From an uncultured delta proteobacterium (lineage in GTDB: Bacteria > Desulfobacterota > Binatia > Bin18), in contig CAVTCR010000009.1 in the NCBI GenBank assembly GCA_963733195.1, positions 1 through 64,000 of the forward strand: 64,000 nt of DNA. The letters run 5' to 3'. Shown in pieces: positions 39,334 through 49,429 of this stretch. Below the pieces are notes generated by a model, which made no database searches, had not been told where the DNA came from, and saw only the letters and a list, made by a program, of their open reading frames with translations. The stretch's first letter is position 1, and every line of letters starts with the position of its first letter. A program made the position numbers and the translations under genes.

Positions 39334-40551
39334 TCATATCTCTTTCTCAATCAGCACCCCCGCTTCTCTTAGTTTATGCACTTCTTGTGATGATCGGCCA
39401 AGGTAGGAGGTGAGAATCTCCCCATTGTGCTGACCGAGAGTTGCAGCTTCCAGTGGCAGATCTTTGGGGAAACGCGAAAATTTCAATGGCATGCCAGGCA
39501 TCTCGAAATCGCCAGCCAGCCGATCATGCACCGTGCGGACAGTGCCGCGTGCGCGGTGATGCGGATGCTGTACTGTCTCTGCGACCGATAACACCGGGGC
39601 AACCGGTACCTGGTGCTTCTCTAGATGCGTAATTACGCTGGGAACGTCAGGAAACGTTTGTAACCAGTCTTCGATAATCTTCACCACTTCTGCACGACGT
39701 TGTAGGCGGGCAGGGTCGGTGTTGAAGTTTGGGTCCTCGATGAGATCGAGCCGTCCCATCGCCTGACAGAGATCTTTCCAGTGATGGAGAAACGACATGA
39801 TGACTAGATATCCGCCAGTGCCGCGAAAAATACCACCTGGGCAGACATACGTCATGTGACGTCCGGCACGGGTCGGTTTCACCGTGCCACCACTGCCACT
39901 GTACGTGTGCACGTTCACTTCATGGTAGTGGTAGTAGACATCAAGCAGAGCAATATCCAAGTGTTGCCCTTCGCCAGTCCGATCGCGATACCGCAGTGCA
40001 GAGACAATGGCTAGAGCAGCGTGTACGCCGGTACTGACATCACCTACGCCAACTAAAGGCAGATATGGTGCGTCGTCAGGGTCGCCGATCATCGAGGTCA
40101 CGCCCGCATATGCCTGCGCGATGTAATCGTACCCAGGTTTACTCGCTAGCGGACCACTTTGCCCTAGCGCAGAAATGGAACACAAGACAATATCTTTTTT
40201 CATCTCGCGCAGACGTTCATACCCAAGTCCCATCTCAGCAATCACTCCGGGTTTGAAATTCTCGACCACGACATCCACATGCGGGATCAGTTCGGCGATC
40301 AGTGCGAGCGCACGTGGATCGCGCAAATTCACGCACATACTTTTCTTGCCGAGATTTTGCTGGATGTAATAGAGGCTGCGGTTGTTGCGATAATTCGACA
40401 AGCGTCGTGCTAACTCACCTGCGGGTCCTGGTTCAACTTTAATCACTTCGGCGCCCATTTCGGCGAGCATCCGCGTGCAGCTTGGTCCGGCCAGCGCACG
40501 AGTTAAGTCGAGGACGCGCAGGTCACTCAGTACATGATCCATCTTCGGCAT
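39334..40551 (-). CDS. Class III CoA transferase (CaiB/BaiF), tandem paralog
   Basis: RVLDLTRALAGP, VENFKPG, GYDYIAQAYAG, GDVSTG. Confidence 0.94.
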   Translation of the reverse strand: MPKMDHVLSDLRVLDLTRALAGPSCTRMLAEMGAEVIKVEPGPAGELARRLSNYRNNRSLYYIQQNLGKKSMCVNLRDPRALALIAELIPHVDVVVENFKPGVIAEMGLGYERLREMKKDIVLCSISALGQSGPLASKPGYDYIAQAYAGVTSMIGDPDDAPYLPLVGVGDVSTGVHAALAIVSALRYRDRTGEGQHLDIALLDVYYHYHEVNVHTYSGSGGTVKPTRAGRHMTYVCPGGIFRGTGGYLVIMSFLHHWKDLCQAMGRLDLIEDPNFNTDPARLQRRAEVVKIIEDWLQTFPDVPSVITHLEKHQVPVAPVLSVAETVQHPHHRARGTVRTVHDRLAGDFEMPGMPLKFSRFPKDLPLEAATLGQHNGEILTSYLGRSSQEVHKLREAGVLIEKEI

Positions 40552-40600
40552 GTGGTTATTCCTCCGATACAGTGTTCAGAGCTTAATTCTCAGGTCCACG

Positions 40601-40700
40601 TGGGGTAAATGGGAAAAAGGAGAAACGGGTAAACGGTGAAGAGGGGAAATTACTCTTTCTCTCCCTATTTCGCCATTTCACCTTTTACACCTCTTTCCCT
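40601..40700. repeat. 8-mer tract with inverted arms
   Basis: ggggtaaa tgggaaaa aggagaaa cgggtaaa cggtgaag aggggaaa ... atttcgcc atttcacc. Confidence 0.75.
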
Positions 40701-40708
40701 TGTTCCAG

Positions 40709-41487
40709 TTAGTCCCACATCAATCCGCCATCGACGTTAAATGACTGGCCAGTGATGTTGCGTGCTTCATCGGAAGCTAAGAACGCCGCCATATTCGCAA
40801 TGTCGTCACCGTGTTCGAGCGTCTTAAAGGAATTGAAGCATCCATGCGGGCCATGGCCTCGGCTTCCGTAATTTTCTCGCGCTCGACAATTTCTTTCATT
40901 ATCCGATCGTACAGTTCCGTACGGGTCGCACCAGGATTGATGGCATTGACATTGATGTTGTATTTCGCAAGTTGTGAGGCGCCGATGCGGGTCATGGCGA
41001 TGACCGCACCTTTCGAGCCAGCGTAGGAAATATTCGAGGTGCCACGAAATCCTTTGCCAGCGATCGACGCGATATTGATGATCTTCCCCTCTTTGCGTTT
41101 GACCATCTCGCGCGCAACTGCCTGCATGCAGAAAAACACGCCCTTAGCGTTGACCGTGTGAATCCAGTCCCAATCTTTTTCCGTAACCTCGAAGAAATCG
41201 AGCTTCCTGGTCACGCCGGCGTTGTTCATGAGGATGTCGATGCGACCAAATGTCTCGATGGTTTTCGCGACCATCGCATTGATGTCGCTCAGTTTGCTCA
41301 TGTCCGTTTTCACGAATAGGCCACGACGGTCATGAGCACTGACTTCAGCAGCGATCTGGTTTCCGGTAGCGTCATTGATTTCGGCACACACGACGTGTGC
41401 ACCTTCTCTCGCGTACCGCAGGGCGATGGCTTTCCCCATACCTGCACCAGATCCAGTGACGATAGCAATTTTGTCTTTGAGTAACAT
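40709..41487 (-). CDS. SDR family oxidoreductase; frameshift near 40812
   Basis: TGSGAGMG, NNAG, S...YAGSK; shifted frame ends DIANMAAFLASDEARNITGQSFNVDGG. Confidence 0.92.
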
Positions 41488-41523
41488 GATTCCCTCCTTA
41501 TTCCGAACCTCTGGTTCGTTAAA

Positions 41524-41617
41524 AGGGGTCGGGGGCCAGGGATCGGGGGCCAGTATTTTCGGAAGCGTCTTTGCTTCCTTTTTTTGCCGACCCCCGACCT
41601 CTAACCCCTGGTCCCTG
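41524..41617. repeat. 7-mer tract with inverted arms overlapping the LLM stop codon
   Basis: aggggtc gggggcc agggatc gggggcc ... gccgacc cccgacc tctaacc cctggtc cctg. Confidence 0.8.
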
Positions 41618-42656
41618 TGTTCTTGAATTCCGGCATCACTTCCTGTGCAAATAATTCGATGCTACGCCGTGCCCGCTGTGGGTCACGTGCGCCAGCGTGG
41701 AAGTAAAAAGCAACTTGATCAAGACCTAACTCACGGTCGATTTCAGCCAGGCGGCGGCGACAGTCGGCTGGAGTGCCGACGATCGCTCGTTCTTCGAGTT
41801 CGTCGGGCATTGTGAGCACAAAGTTGAGAAAAGATTTCAGGGGGTCAGCCTCCCGCAGTGCTTCCATCGCTGCTGCCGGAACGAATGAGGTAATAAGCTG
41901 GGTGTAATTGCGTGTCGTTTCGATCCCGTCACGCATGGCGACTTGATAGTCAGGGTCAATAAAGAGAAAAAAGATCGCAGTCATCCGCGTTGGCGCGTGT
42001 CCATGTTGCTTCACGAGAGTGCGGTACCGTTCAACCCGCTTCTTCATGTCTGGAATTGGCGCACTGAGCCAGGGAACGACAAACGCGTGGTCTCCAGCAA
42101 TGGCTGCGCCTTCAAACGATTCTGGGCTCAGGGTGCCACGGTAGATTGGTGGATGTGGCTTCTGCAGTGGTTTAGGCGCAAGTGAGAGGGACGGAACCTG
42201 CCAGAACTTTCCTTCGTAGGAGAAGGTGTCTTGAGTCCAGGCTTGACGAATAATTTCCAGCGATTCTTCATAGCGCGCGCGACTTTCGTGCGGATCGACA
42301 CGGAAACCCTCAAAGTGCTTGGGAATAATGCCGCGACCGACACCGAAGTTGAGTCGCCCATCACTTAATATATCGAGCATGGCGAAATCTTCAGCTTTAC
42401 GCAGGGGATTCTCGAACGGCAAGAGGCTGATGGCGGTGCCAAGGCGAAGGCGTGAAGTTTCACGCGCAACCGCGGTGAGAAACAATTGTGGACTCGGACA
42501 AATTCCGAACGAGTAGAAATGCTCTTCTCCGAGCCAGACGGAATCGTACCCAAGTTTTTCGGATAAGAGGATAAGGTCAAGCGTATTGCGGTAATACGCA
42601 ACTTCGTCTTGCCGATCACGGAAGAAATCAAACAGTGAGAATAAGCCAAATTCCAC
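41601..42656 (-). CDS. Luciferase-like (LLM class) flavin-dependent oxidoreductase
   Basis: WLGEEHF, RLGTAI, AEDFAMLDILSDGRLNFGVGRG, PKPLQKPHPPI. Confidence 0.92.
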   Translation of the reverse strand: MEFGLFSLFDFFRDRQDEVAYYRNTLDLILLSEKLGYDSVWLGEEHFYSFGICPSPQLFLTAVARETSRLRLGTAISLLPFENPLRKAEDFAMLDILSDGRLNFGVGRGIIPKHFEGFRVDPHESRARYEESLEIIRQAWTQDTFSYEGKFWQVPSLSLAPKPLQKPHPPIYRGTLSPESFEGAAIAGDHAFVVPWLSAPIPDMKKRVERYRTLVKQHGHAPTRMTAIFFLFIDPDYQVAMRDGIETTRNYTQLITSFVPAAAMEALREADPLKSFLNFVLTMPDELEERAIVGTPADCRRRLAEIDRELGLDQVAFYFHAGARDPQRARRSIELFAQEVMPEFKNTGTRG

Positions 42657-42675
42657 AAAAAGCTCCTTCAAAACG

Positions 42676-42708
42676 AGTAGTCAGTAGTCAGCATTCAGTA
42701 GTCAGTAG
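42676..42708. repeat. TCAGTAG 7-mer tract
   Basis: agtag tcagtag tcagcat tcagtag tcagtag; nearly identical to 21941-21968. Confidence 0.8.
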
Positions 42709-42753
42709 TTTTTGACTCTAACCCAGACTTCAAGAGATCGGCACACCTAGAGT

Positions 42754-42884
42754 TGTCACTCTGAACCCTTCGATAGGCTCACCTGTGCCTGCGGCACTGG
42801 CGCAGGCAGGATAAACTCCGTGAAGAGTCTCCCAGAGAGATTCTTCGCAGCCTGTCTAGCGTAACTAATGAACTCAGAATGACA
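42754..42884. repeat. Nested REP-like composite
   Basis: Outer tgtcactctga...tcagaatgaca with gtgaagagtct/agattcttcgc; inner cccttcgataggctca..aggataaac; innermost cctgtgcc..ggcgcagg. Confidence 0.7.
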
Positions 42885-42952
42885 TGTAGAGTGGTTGCAT
42901 CGTAAAGTGTACCAACGTCATGACTTCTGGTTTAGACGCTAGACCCTGGACC

Positions 42953-43834
42953 CTAGACATTTTTCAACGTTTGCTCAAACACATCCAGACTCAGCCGTAC
43001 AACTGTATCAAAGCCTTGCGTATAGGTTTCATAATGTGAAATCCCAGGCAGAATGTGGAGCTGCTTTGGTTCACGCGCTTTCTCATAGAGGCTGACGCAT
43101 TCCTCAAACCCAGTGAGATAATCCAACTCTGCCCCAATGATGAGAAGTGGGCGTGGAGCAATTTGCGCGACTACCGCTTCCGGCTTGTAAGACATCATGT
43201 CGTCCGCGGTTTCGAGTGGTAATTCACTTTTTAGGGAAGCAATCTGTCCGCCGCCGCTGTACACCTTTTCCTCTGCGGGCGTAGGAATAAGAATCTCATA
43301 GGCATCGACGTATTCTGACGTACCAGTGAGAACGCGACGTTCACGATCTTTCTCGATCCGTTTGCGCAACGCCCAATACTCCCAGAGTCGGCGGCTATTG
43401 CGCATCCAGCGATCGCCATCACCAAAGCCCACCACACTCACGATGGCTTTGGTGCGTGGGTCAGCAGCACCGGTGGAAATAACATTTGCTCCGCCGTAGC
43501 TAATACCAAAGAGGGCGATGCGGTTAGCGTCAATTTCCGGCTGCATGCCGAGAAACGTTGTAGCATTGATGATGTCTTCATCTCGTTCGCGAGAAATCAA
43601 GCGTTGCTTTACTCCCTCGCTCTCACCGAAACCGCGGTAGTCAAAGACAAACGCAGCATAGCCTTGCTTGACAAAAGCGCGAGCAAATTCTGGCAGGATG
43701 ACTTTACGGTTCGCACGCAATCCATGACAACACAGCACCGTGGGGAGTTTCTCTCCAGGGCGAAGATTGTCCGGTATGTAAAAGGTGCCAAAGAGTTTGA
43801 AACCCGCGCTGTAAAAAGTAACGTCCTTTTCCAT
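42953..43834 (-). CDS. Alpha/beta hydrolase
   Basis: FDYRGFGES, nucleophile GISYGG, RPLLII, SHY. Confidence 0.9.
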   Translation of the reverse strand: MEKDVTFYSAGFKLFGTFYIPDNLRPGEKLPTVLCCHGLRANRKVILPEFARAFVKQGYAAFVFDYRGFGESEGVKQRLISRERDEDIINATTFLGMQPEIDANRIALFGISYGGANVISTGAADPRTKAIVSVVGFGDGDRWMRNSRRLWEYWALRKRIEKDRERRVLTGTSEYVDAYEILIPTPAEEKVYSGGGQIASLKSELPLETADDMMSYKPEAVVAQIAPRPLLIIGAELDYLTGFEECVSLYEKAREPKQLHILPGISHYETYTQGFDTVVRLSLDVFEQTLKNV

Positions 43835-43886
43835 AGAACACCCTCCTTTGGGTGATACCGATTATTCTTTCAGGTCGCGGTCAATG

Positions 43887-46052
43887 TCAACGCTTTCGCG
43901 CTCTCTTCTTACTTTTTGGTTTGTCCTTCTCCTTGGGTGGTGAGGGGGGTGGAGTAAAGATGGTTGCGACTTTCTGTTCGGCGTCAGCAATATAGGTCGC
44001 GACATCTTCCGGGAGCAACAAACGTTGGGTTTGTAAGTCTTTCACTGTCTGTTTGATCCGATTCACATATGACCGTTTCGGATAACGCTCGGTAAGCGAG
44101 AGCCGTGGATCACGTGCGAGATTACGAAGGGACTTCCCATAAGCAAATGGAATAAACTGTCCCAGATTTCCACACATGGCTCCAAGAACGTCAGCGCGTA
44201 CTGCCCAGCCAGTGTGAGTGCCAAGCGGGACGGCGATATCGGGGAGAACGATGCCAGAGAGATCATTACCATCCGAATTGGTTTTCGGTACCAGTGTCAG
44301 ATATTGCGTTTGTGAACTCTTTGCCGTGACAGTGCCGTACAAGACGTACGTCGGATTGGCGTGCCCAAGGTGTTGAACCCCAGGAATTGTGGGAAACGAC
44401 CCGACACTGACTTCCTCCGAGACAAGTGTTCCGCTTTGTCGCGTCGGAATTTGGGTCTCTGGAGGGAGTGTTCCTTTCGTAGCCCACTCATCGAGTGCTA
44501 CAAGCAAGGCTCGCATCACCGGCCCACGAAAGGCCGGATTCTGTTCCTGTTGGCAGACTCCTTTGGGTAAACGCTCACCGAGCGAAGTCGTAATCTGTGG
44601 GAACAAGGGGAAATGCTGGGCGCTGGCAAAGAAATAGAGGCGTACATTGTCAGGGATCGGCACGTCATTGCCTTGGGCATCGGTGTGCAACAGCGAGGCG
44701 CTTTTTCGCCAATACTCAGTGGCAGTGTTGGTGACCATTACGAAAGGATCAAAACCGTCACCGACCTTACCTGTACTATTGCGGAGCAATCCTTCGCGTT
44801 TGCCTGTGAACGGGTCATCCTGAACGCCATACGCGAATGGGAACCAATTCTCGGGGAAATCGTAGTCTTGATGTGCGCCACGGGTACGGCCAGGTTGGCC
44901 GAAAGCGAAGTTGGTAAAAGTTTTACCAGCGCCAGCAATGTCAATCAGTAGTCCGTCAAACACGATGCGCTTTTGTTCATCCTGGTTGAAGCCATTCACA
45001 AGATGTTCTTGCAAATACCGGCCAGCTTGCGAGATGCCTAACGCATAGACTTTCTCTATGCCAACTGTCTGTTCATTGCGACGTAGCGGATTGGCAGTTT
45101 TATTCTCGTCGCTCAGATGATAGCGTAGGAACGATACGATATCGCGAGTAATCGCAAATCCTAGCCCGAGGACGATTGGGTTCTTTGCCGTATAGGTGAC
45201 TTCGTAGAGGTGCCCTGAATCAAAGCCAGGCGAAATACGGATCGTCTGTTCGTCGACAAAACTCCAACAGCGGAGGACTTTCACCCCAGCCACACAAAAG
45301 GGAATAGGTTGTGGAGGTTCCCCTTCTGCCTTGGCTCGGACATCGACACGAACTTGCTGTGAGGTTTGATTGAGCACCGGATAGCTTAAGGTTGCCGTTT
45401 GGTGATCCGGCGGATTACTTTGCTGTTGACCAACAAACAGGTCTCGTACCGGGCCAATGATAGGCTGGTTGCCATTCGACGGAATCGGTAATTCTGCATG
45501 CATCACGCCAGGCTTTGGTTCAACGCAGCACTGTGCTCCGCTTTTTCCCTGCGCTTGCCATCCACCCCAGACCAGCACGTATCCCTGGTGCATGAGAAAA
45601 CCGTTACCAATGTCGGCGAGCGTAGTCGGGTTATTGGCGTGCTCGTTGTACGGAGCGTTATTCATCAGCACGAGGTCAAGTTTGTTCCCGCGATTGAGTA
45701 TACCGTACAAGACCTTGCTGTTGCCTTTGGTGAGGTCGACAGGCTTAAGAATGTACAGATTGGCACTGTAGGAGACACGACCGTTCGCATTTTTGGGCGC
45801 CTTGTCGAGATTCACAATCTCTACATTCTCTGGTGCATTAGGGTCGACCTCGCCGAAAATCCGGCCAGTGAGTTTCTCATACTTTCCGACTGGGCCGAAT
45901 TCTTGTCCTTCAAAGGTTGGGGATTCGATCTTGTCGATAACAACTTTCGTAACACGAGCGGACGCAGGGCTCGTAGCAAGTAAGCTGATCAGCACGAAGC
46001 AAAAAGGCAAAACCCTATAGCTGTGTTTTACTTTTGCCTTTCGCTTTTTCAT
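43887..46052 (-). CDS. Secreted large alpha/beta-hydrolase-domain protein
   Basis: Signal peptide ending ASA; NRGNK, GISQAGRY, TEYW, RLSLTERY; start uncertain because of a repeat tract. Confidence 0.75.
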   Translation of the reverse strand: MKKRKAKVKHSYRVLPFCFVLISLLATSPASARVTKVVIDKIESPTFEGQEFGPVGKYEKLTGRIFGEVDPNAPENVEIVNLDKAPKNANGRVSYSANLYILKPVDLTKGNSKVLYGILNRGNKLDLVLMNNAPYNEHANNPTTLADIGNGFLMHQGYVLVWGGWQAQGKSGAQCCVEPKPGVMHAELPIPSNGNQPIIGPVRDLFVGQQQSNPPDHQTATLSYPVLNQTSQQVRVDVRAKAEGEPPQPIPFCVAGVKVLRCWSFVDEQTIRISPGFDSGHLYEVTYTAKNPIVLGLGFAITRDIVSFLRYHLSDENKTANPLRRNEQTVGIEKVYALGISQAGRYLQEHLVNGFNQDEQKRIVFDGLLIDIAGAGKTFTNFAFGQPGRTRGAHQDYDFPENWFPFAYGVQDDPFTGKREGLLRNSTGKVGDGFDPFVMVTNTATEYWRKSASLLHTDAQGNDVPIPDNVRLYFFASAQHFPLFPQITTSLGERLPKGVCQQEQNPAFRGPVMRALLVALDEWATKGTLPPETQIPTRQSGTLVSEEVSVGSFPTIPGVQHLGHANPTYVLYGTVTAKSSQTQYLTLVPKTNSDGNDLSGIVLPDIAVPLGTHTGWAVRADVLGAMCGNLGQFIPFAYGKSLRNLARDPRLSLTERYPKRSYVNRIKQTVKDLQTQRLLLPEDVATYIADAEQKVATIFTPPPSPPKEKDKPKSKKRARKR

Positions 46053-46205
46053 GTTTGCCTTTTGCGTTTTTATGTTTGCCTTTTTTACAGCCTGCTCCTC
46101 CTATCGTATGCATGCCTGATCTGCAAGCATTTCGCACTTGACTTAACGAGCGCAGTACTCAATAGTCGCCAGGATAAATACATTTTTGTTGAGGGGGTAC
46201 TTCTT

Positions 46206-46849
46206 ATGAAGCTATACAATCTGGCGCTGAGCAATTTCGCGACGAAAAGCCGCATCGCCATCTACGAGAAAGGGATCAACGTGGATTTGGTTGATCCTCC
46301 TGGTGGGGCCGGTTCGGCAGACTACAAGAAAATCAACCCGCTGGGCAAAGTGCCTGCGCTTGTGCTCGATAACGGTCAGCTCATTGCTGAGTCTGAGCTG
46401 ATAAACGAGTACCTCGAAGATAAATATCCTGAGCAAGCCGCTTCTCCCAAAAGATGCCGAGGGTCGTGCCCAGGTGCGTGCATTCACCCGTTTCCATGAT
46501 CTCTATCTTAGAGCCGCCGATGCGGGCGGTGTTCCCGAAGTTGTTCGGTCAGCAGCTCGATGACAAATTCATTCAAGAGAAGATCACAGACGTGAATAAT
46601 CGCCTTGACCAACTCGAAGCAAGGATCGGGAGTCAGTGGGCAGCTGGAAGTGCTTTCACATTGGCTGATTGTGCGCTTGCGCCGACGATGTTTTTCTTGA
46701 CGACTTTCCTACCGCAATTTGGGTCGAAGGGGCCAACCGAAGGTCGGCCAAAGATCGCAGCGTGGTGGACTCGTGTGCAAGAGCAGCCATCTGTCAAGAA
46801 AGCGATTGGTGAGCAGCAAGCCGCGTTGGCTGCAATGATGAAGAAGTAG
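46206..46849 (+). CDS. Glutathione S-transferase family protein; frameshifts at about 46436-46505
   Basis: INPLGKVPAL, ESELINEYLEDKYP, FTLADCALAP. Confidence 0.9.
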
Positions 46850-46930
46850 AATCGCTCTGTACTCTTAAGGGCGCAGCACCCTGCGCCCTTTCTTGCCTTT
46901 GGTTTTCCCTAGAGAAATCGCTTTCTAGAG

Positions 46931-47587
46931 TTACACGGTTTTTTTCGTCTCCACTTCTATCGGGAAAATCTTCTCAAAAATTTGCTTCCAACGGGCAAGC
47001 TCTTCGGTCACAACACGAATGACGTCATCTTGGACTCGCCGTACAGTCACAGCTAACCCTTCGATCCCTTCTTCGAGTTTGCGCTTTTCTTCCGATTTGC
47101 TCACGCTGTCGAGCGCGCCGCGGAACTGATCGAGTTGCCGTGATACTTCCCGAACTGTGCTGTCGAGCCCAGCGATCTGTTTCTTGAGTTCAACTGCGAG
47201 CTCTGATTCTGCGCCCTTAATATGACTGCCTGGAGGGAGAACTGGGCTTGTCTCGTCAAAGACGACAAGGCGCAGTCCTGGCTCTGTTGTTCCTGTCGAA
47301 GGCGCAACGAGAAAAGTGGAGTTCTCTCGAAGTCGCTGTTGGCTGTTGAGGTCAAGAGTCACGATAACATCGGTGCCTCTCTCTCCATCTGAGGCAGAGT
47401 GTGGCTTTACTGCGACAACTTTTCCGATTGGCTTTCCGGTTTCTTCGATAATTGCGCCGGCTTTCAGGCCATGAGTTGCAGGCAGTCGCACGGTCCAGGT
47501 TGGCACAAGAGCAGGCGGAGTTGCAAAGCTGTGTAGGAGTAACAACGAGAGGAAAGCAAACACTCCAATGAAAAGATATTTACGCAT
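46931..47587 (-). CDS. MCE/MlaD-like protein with coiled-coil C-terminus
   Basis: N-terminal TM, HGLKAGA..GKPIGKV, helical tail. Confidence 0.65.
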   Translation of the reverse strand: MRKYLFIGVFAFLSLLLLHSFATPPALVPTWTVRLPATHGLKAGAIIEETGKPIGKVVAVKPHSASDGERGTDVIVTLDLNSQQRLRENSTFLVAPSTGTTEPGLRLVVFDETSPVLPPGSHIKGAESELAVELKKQIAGLDSTVREVSRQLDQFRGALDSVSKSEEKRKLEEGIEGLAVTVRRVQDDVIRVVTEELARWKQIFEKIFPIEVETKKTV

Positions 47588-47656
47588 GGGTACCCTCCGA
47601 AAATCGGCCTTTTATAAAAAACACATTGCAGCGGTGTAAGTTGCGCAAGAGTGGAC

Positions 47657-47737
47657 AAAAAGGGGAAATAGGGAACGGTGAAAATTTCTTTTTCTTTCCT
47701 TTTCGCCTTTTCCCCGTTTTATCGTTTCCCCTTTTTG
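47657..47737. repeat. 8-mer tract with inverted arms
   Basis: aggggaaa tagggaac ggtgaaaa ... ttttcgcc ttttcccc ... tttcccct. Confidence 0.65.
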
Positions 47738-47805
47738 TAAGAGCTGAAGGCTCATAGCTGAAGACGCGGGGTTCTGCTATTGGACCTGGGCAAAGGAGAA
47801 TCTGA

Positions 47806-48873
47806 ATGAAGTTCGGTTACTTCACTTTAACGGACAATCCTCCAGCGTATGGGGCGCAACGCAGAGATCCTAATCAGTTCTTACGTGAAGTGCTCGAAGA
47901 GTGTCAAGTTGCTGAAGAACTAGGCTATCACTCGGCATGGGTCCCGGAACATCATTTTGGTTTCTTTGGCTGTCTACCAGCTCCGGCGACATTCCTGGCC
48001 TATGTGGCTGCACGGACCAAACGTATTCAACTTGCTCCGGCGACGGTGTTGCTACCGTGTGATCATCCGTTGCGTGTGGCTGAAAACTTTGCCTTGCTCG
48101 ATTTACTCAGTGATGGGCGTGCAGTGTTCTCGGCAGGGCGGGGATACGATAAACGCGAATACGATGCGTTCGAGGTCGCATTTGAAGAAAGCCGTGACCG
48201 TTTTGCTGAAGGGCTTGATCTCCTCCGTACTGCCTGGACGAAAGAGGAATTTACCTACACTGGAAAATTCTACTCGATTACTGAACCTGTCATCTGTTTA
48301 CCGCGACCAGTACAGAAACCGCATCCGCCAATTTACGTCGCGTGTTTTAGTCGCCCCACTGTCGAAATGGCTGCTGAACAAGGATTTCATACGCTGTTTG
48401 CCCCATTTGCCGCGGCGATGATGTTCGGCAGCGTGGGTGATGCAGTGCAAACATATAAAGAGCTTGCCGCCAGCCATGGGCACCAAGATGCTCGAGCCAA
48501 GTGTTCCTATTTTACTAATGTTGCCGATAACAAAGCCGACGAATTACGGACAAAGGAGCGGCTACTGTACTATCTCCATTCGATTTTGCCAGCGTTTCCT
48601 GAGGATCGCGCGTCAGCGCCTCCGCATATCGCCTATTTCGCCGACATTGTTGAACGACTGAAAAGTATGAAAGCGGAAAATCTTGGTGAACGGAGTTTAG
48701 TGACAGGCGATCCTGAGGCGTGTATTGCCACACTGAAAAAATGCGAGGCTGCAGGGATTGAAGAAGTAATTCTCTATTTTAACTTTGGCAACTTCAACCA
48801 TCGCGACACGCTAAAATCGATGGAGCGTTTCGCTCGTGCTGTAATGCCGCATTTTTCTAGACTTGGGTCTTAG
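47806..48873 (+). CDS. Luciferase-like (LLM class) flavin-dependent oxidoreductase
   Basis: WVPEHHF, AENFALLDLLSDGR, GRGY, PRPVQKPHPPI. Confidence 0.92.
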   Translation: MKFGYFTLTDNPPAYGAQRRDPNQFLREVLEECQVAEELGYHSAWVPEHHFGFFGCLPAPATFLAYVAARTKRIQLAPATVLLPCDHPLRVAENFALLDLLSDGRAVFSAGRGYDKREYDAFEVAFEESRDRFAEGLDLLRTAWTKEEFTYTGKFYSITEPVICLPRPVQKPHPPIYVACFSRPTVEMAAEQGFHTLFAPFAAAMMFGSVGDAVQTYKELAASHGHQDARAKCSYFTNVADNKADELRTKERLLYYLHSILPAFPEDRASAPPHIAYFADIVERLKSMKAENLGERSLVTGDPEACIATLKKCEAAGIEEVILYFNFGNFNHRDTLKSMERFARAVMPHFSRLGS

Positions 48874-48948
48874 GGTTGGAGGCTACGAGAAGAGAGAAAG
48901 ATACGCCCGTCTTTTTTCTGGAGTCCAGACCCTGGACTCTAGACAGTC

Positions 48949-49308
48949 TTACTGGCACTTCGGATCGCAGCTACTCATCTTTTGTGCGCCGTCTTTCTCG
49001 CAGGATTCACTGCCAGTGTAGGTGTTCTTGATTTCGATGCATTTCAGCACATCATTGACCCCAACCGTCAAGCAGTTGCGATAGCACTGAGGAGAATTTT
49101 GTCCGCCAGCAGCGTTCAGCTTGTCGTTCATGTAAGTGGTAACTGCTCCGAACCGCGCTAATACGTTGGTTTCCCCTGTTGCAGATGGTTTCGAGGGCTT
49201 AAAGTCGGCAGGATACTCACCATCAGCAAAGAGAGGCAGAGCAAGGAAAAGTAAAGCAAAGAAAGACATTCCAATGGAAAGAATCAATGGTCGTACTCGA
49301 CACTGCAT
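48949..49308 (-). CDS. Small secreted six-cysteine protein
   Basis: Signal peptide ending LFA; Cys spacing 3-10-12-10-3. Confidence 0.7.
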   Translation of the reverse strand: MQCRVRPLILSIGMSFFALLFLALPLFADGEYPADFKPSKPSATGETNVLARFGAVTTYMNDKLNAAGGQNSPQCYRNCLTVGVNDVLKCIEIKNTYTGSESCEKDGAQKMSSCDPKCQ

Positions 49309-49429
49309 GGTCGCTTCCCCTTTATTGCGCAAATAGTGCAGTTCTCTTACCTGCCTTGTTTCAGTTGCGCAACTCCGGCGAAACTCATGATGTCGATATA
49401 AAGAATGGTCCTCACAGTCGATAATACTA

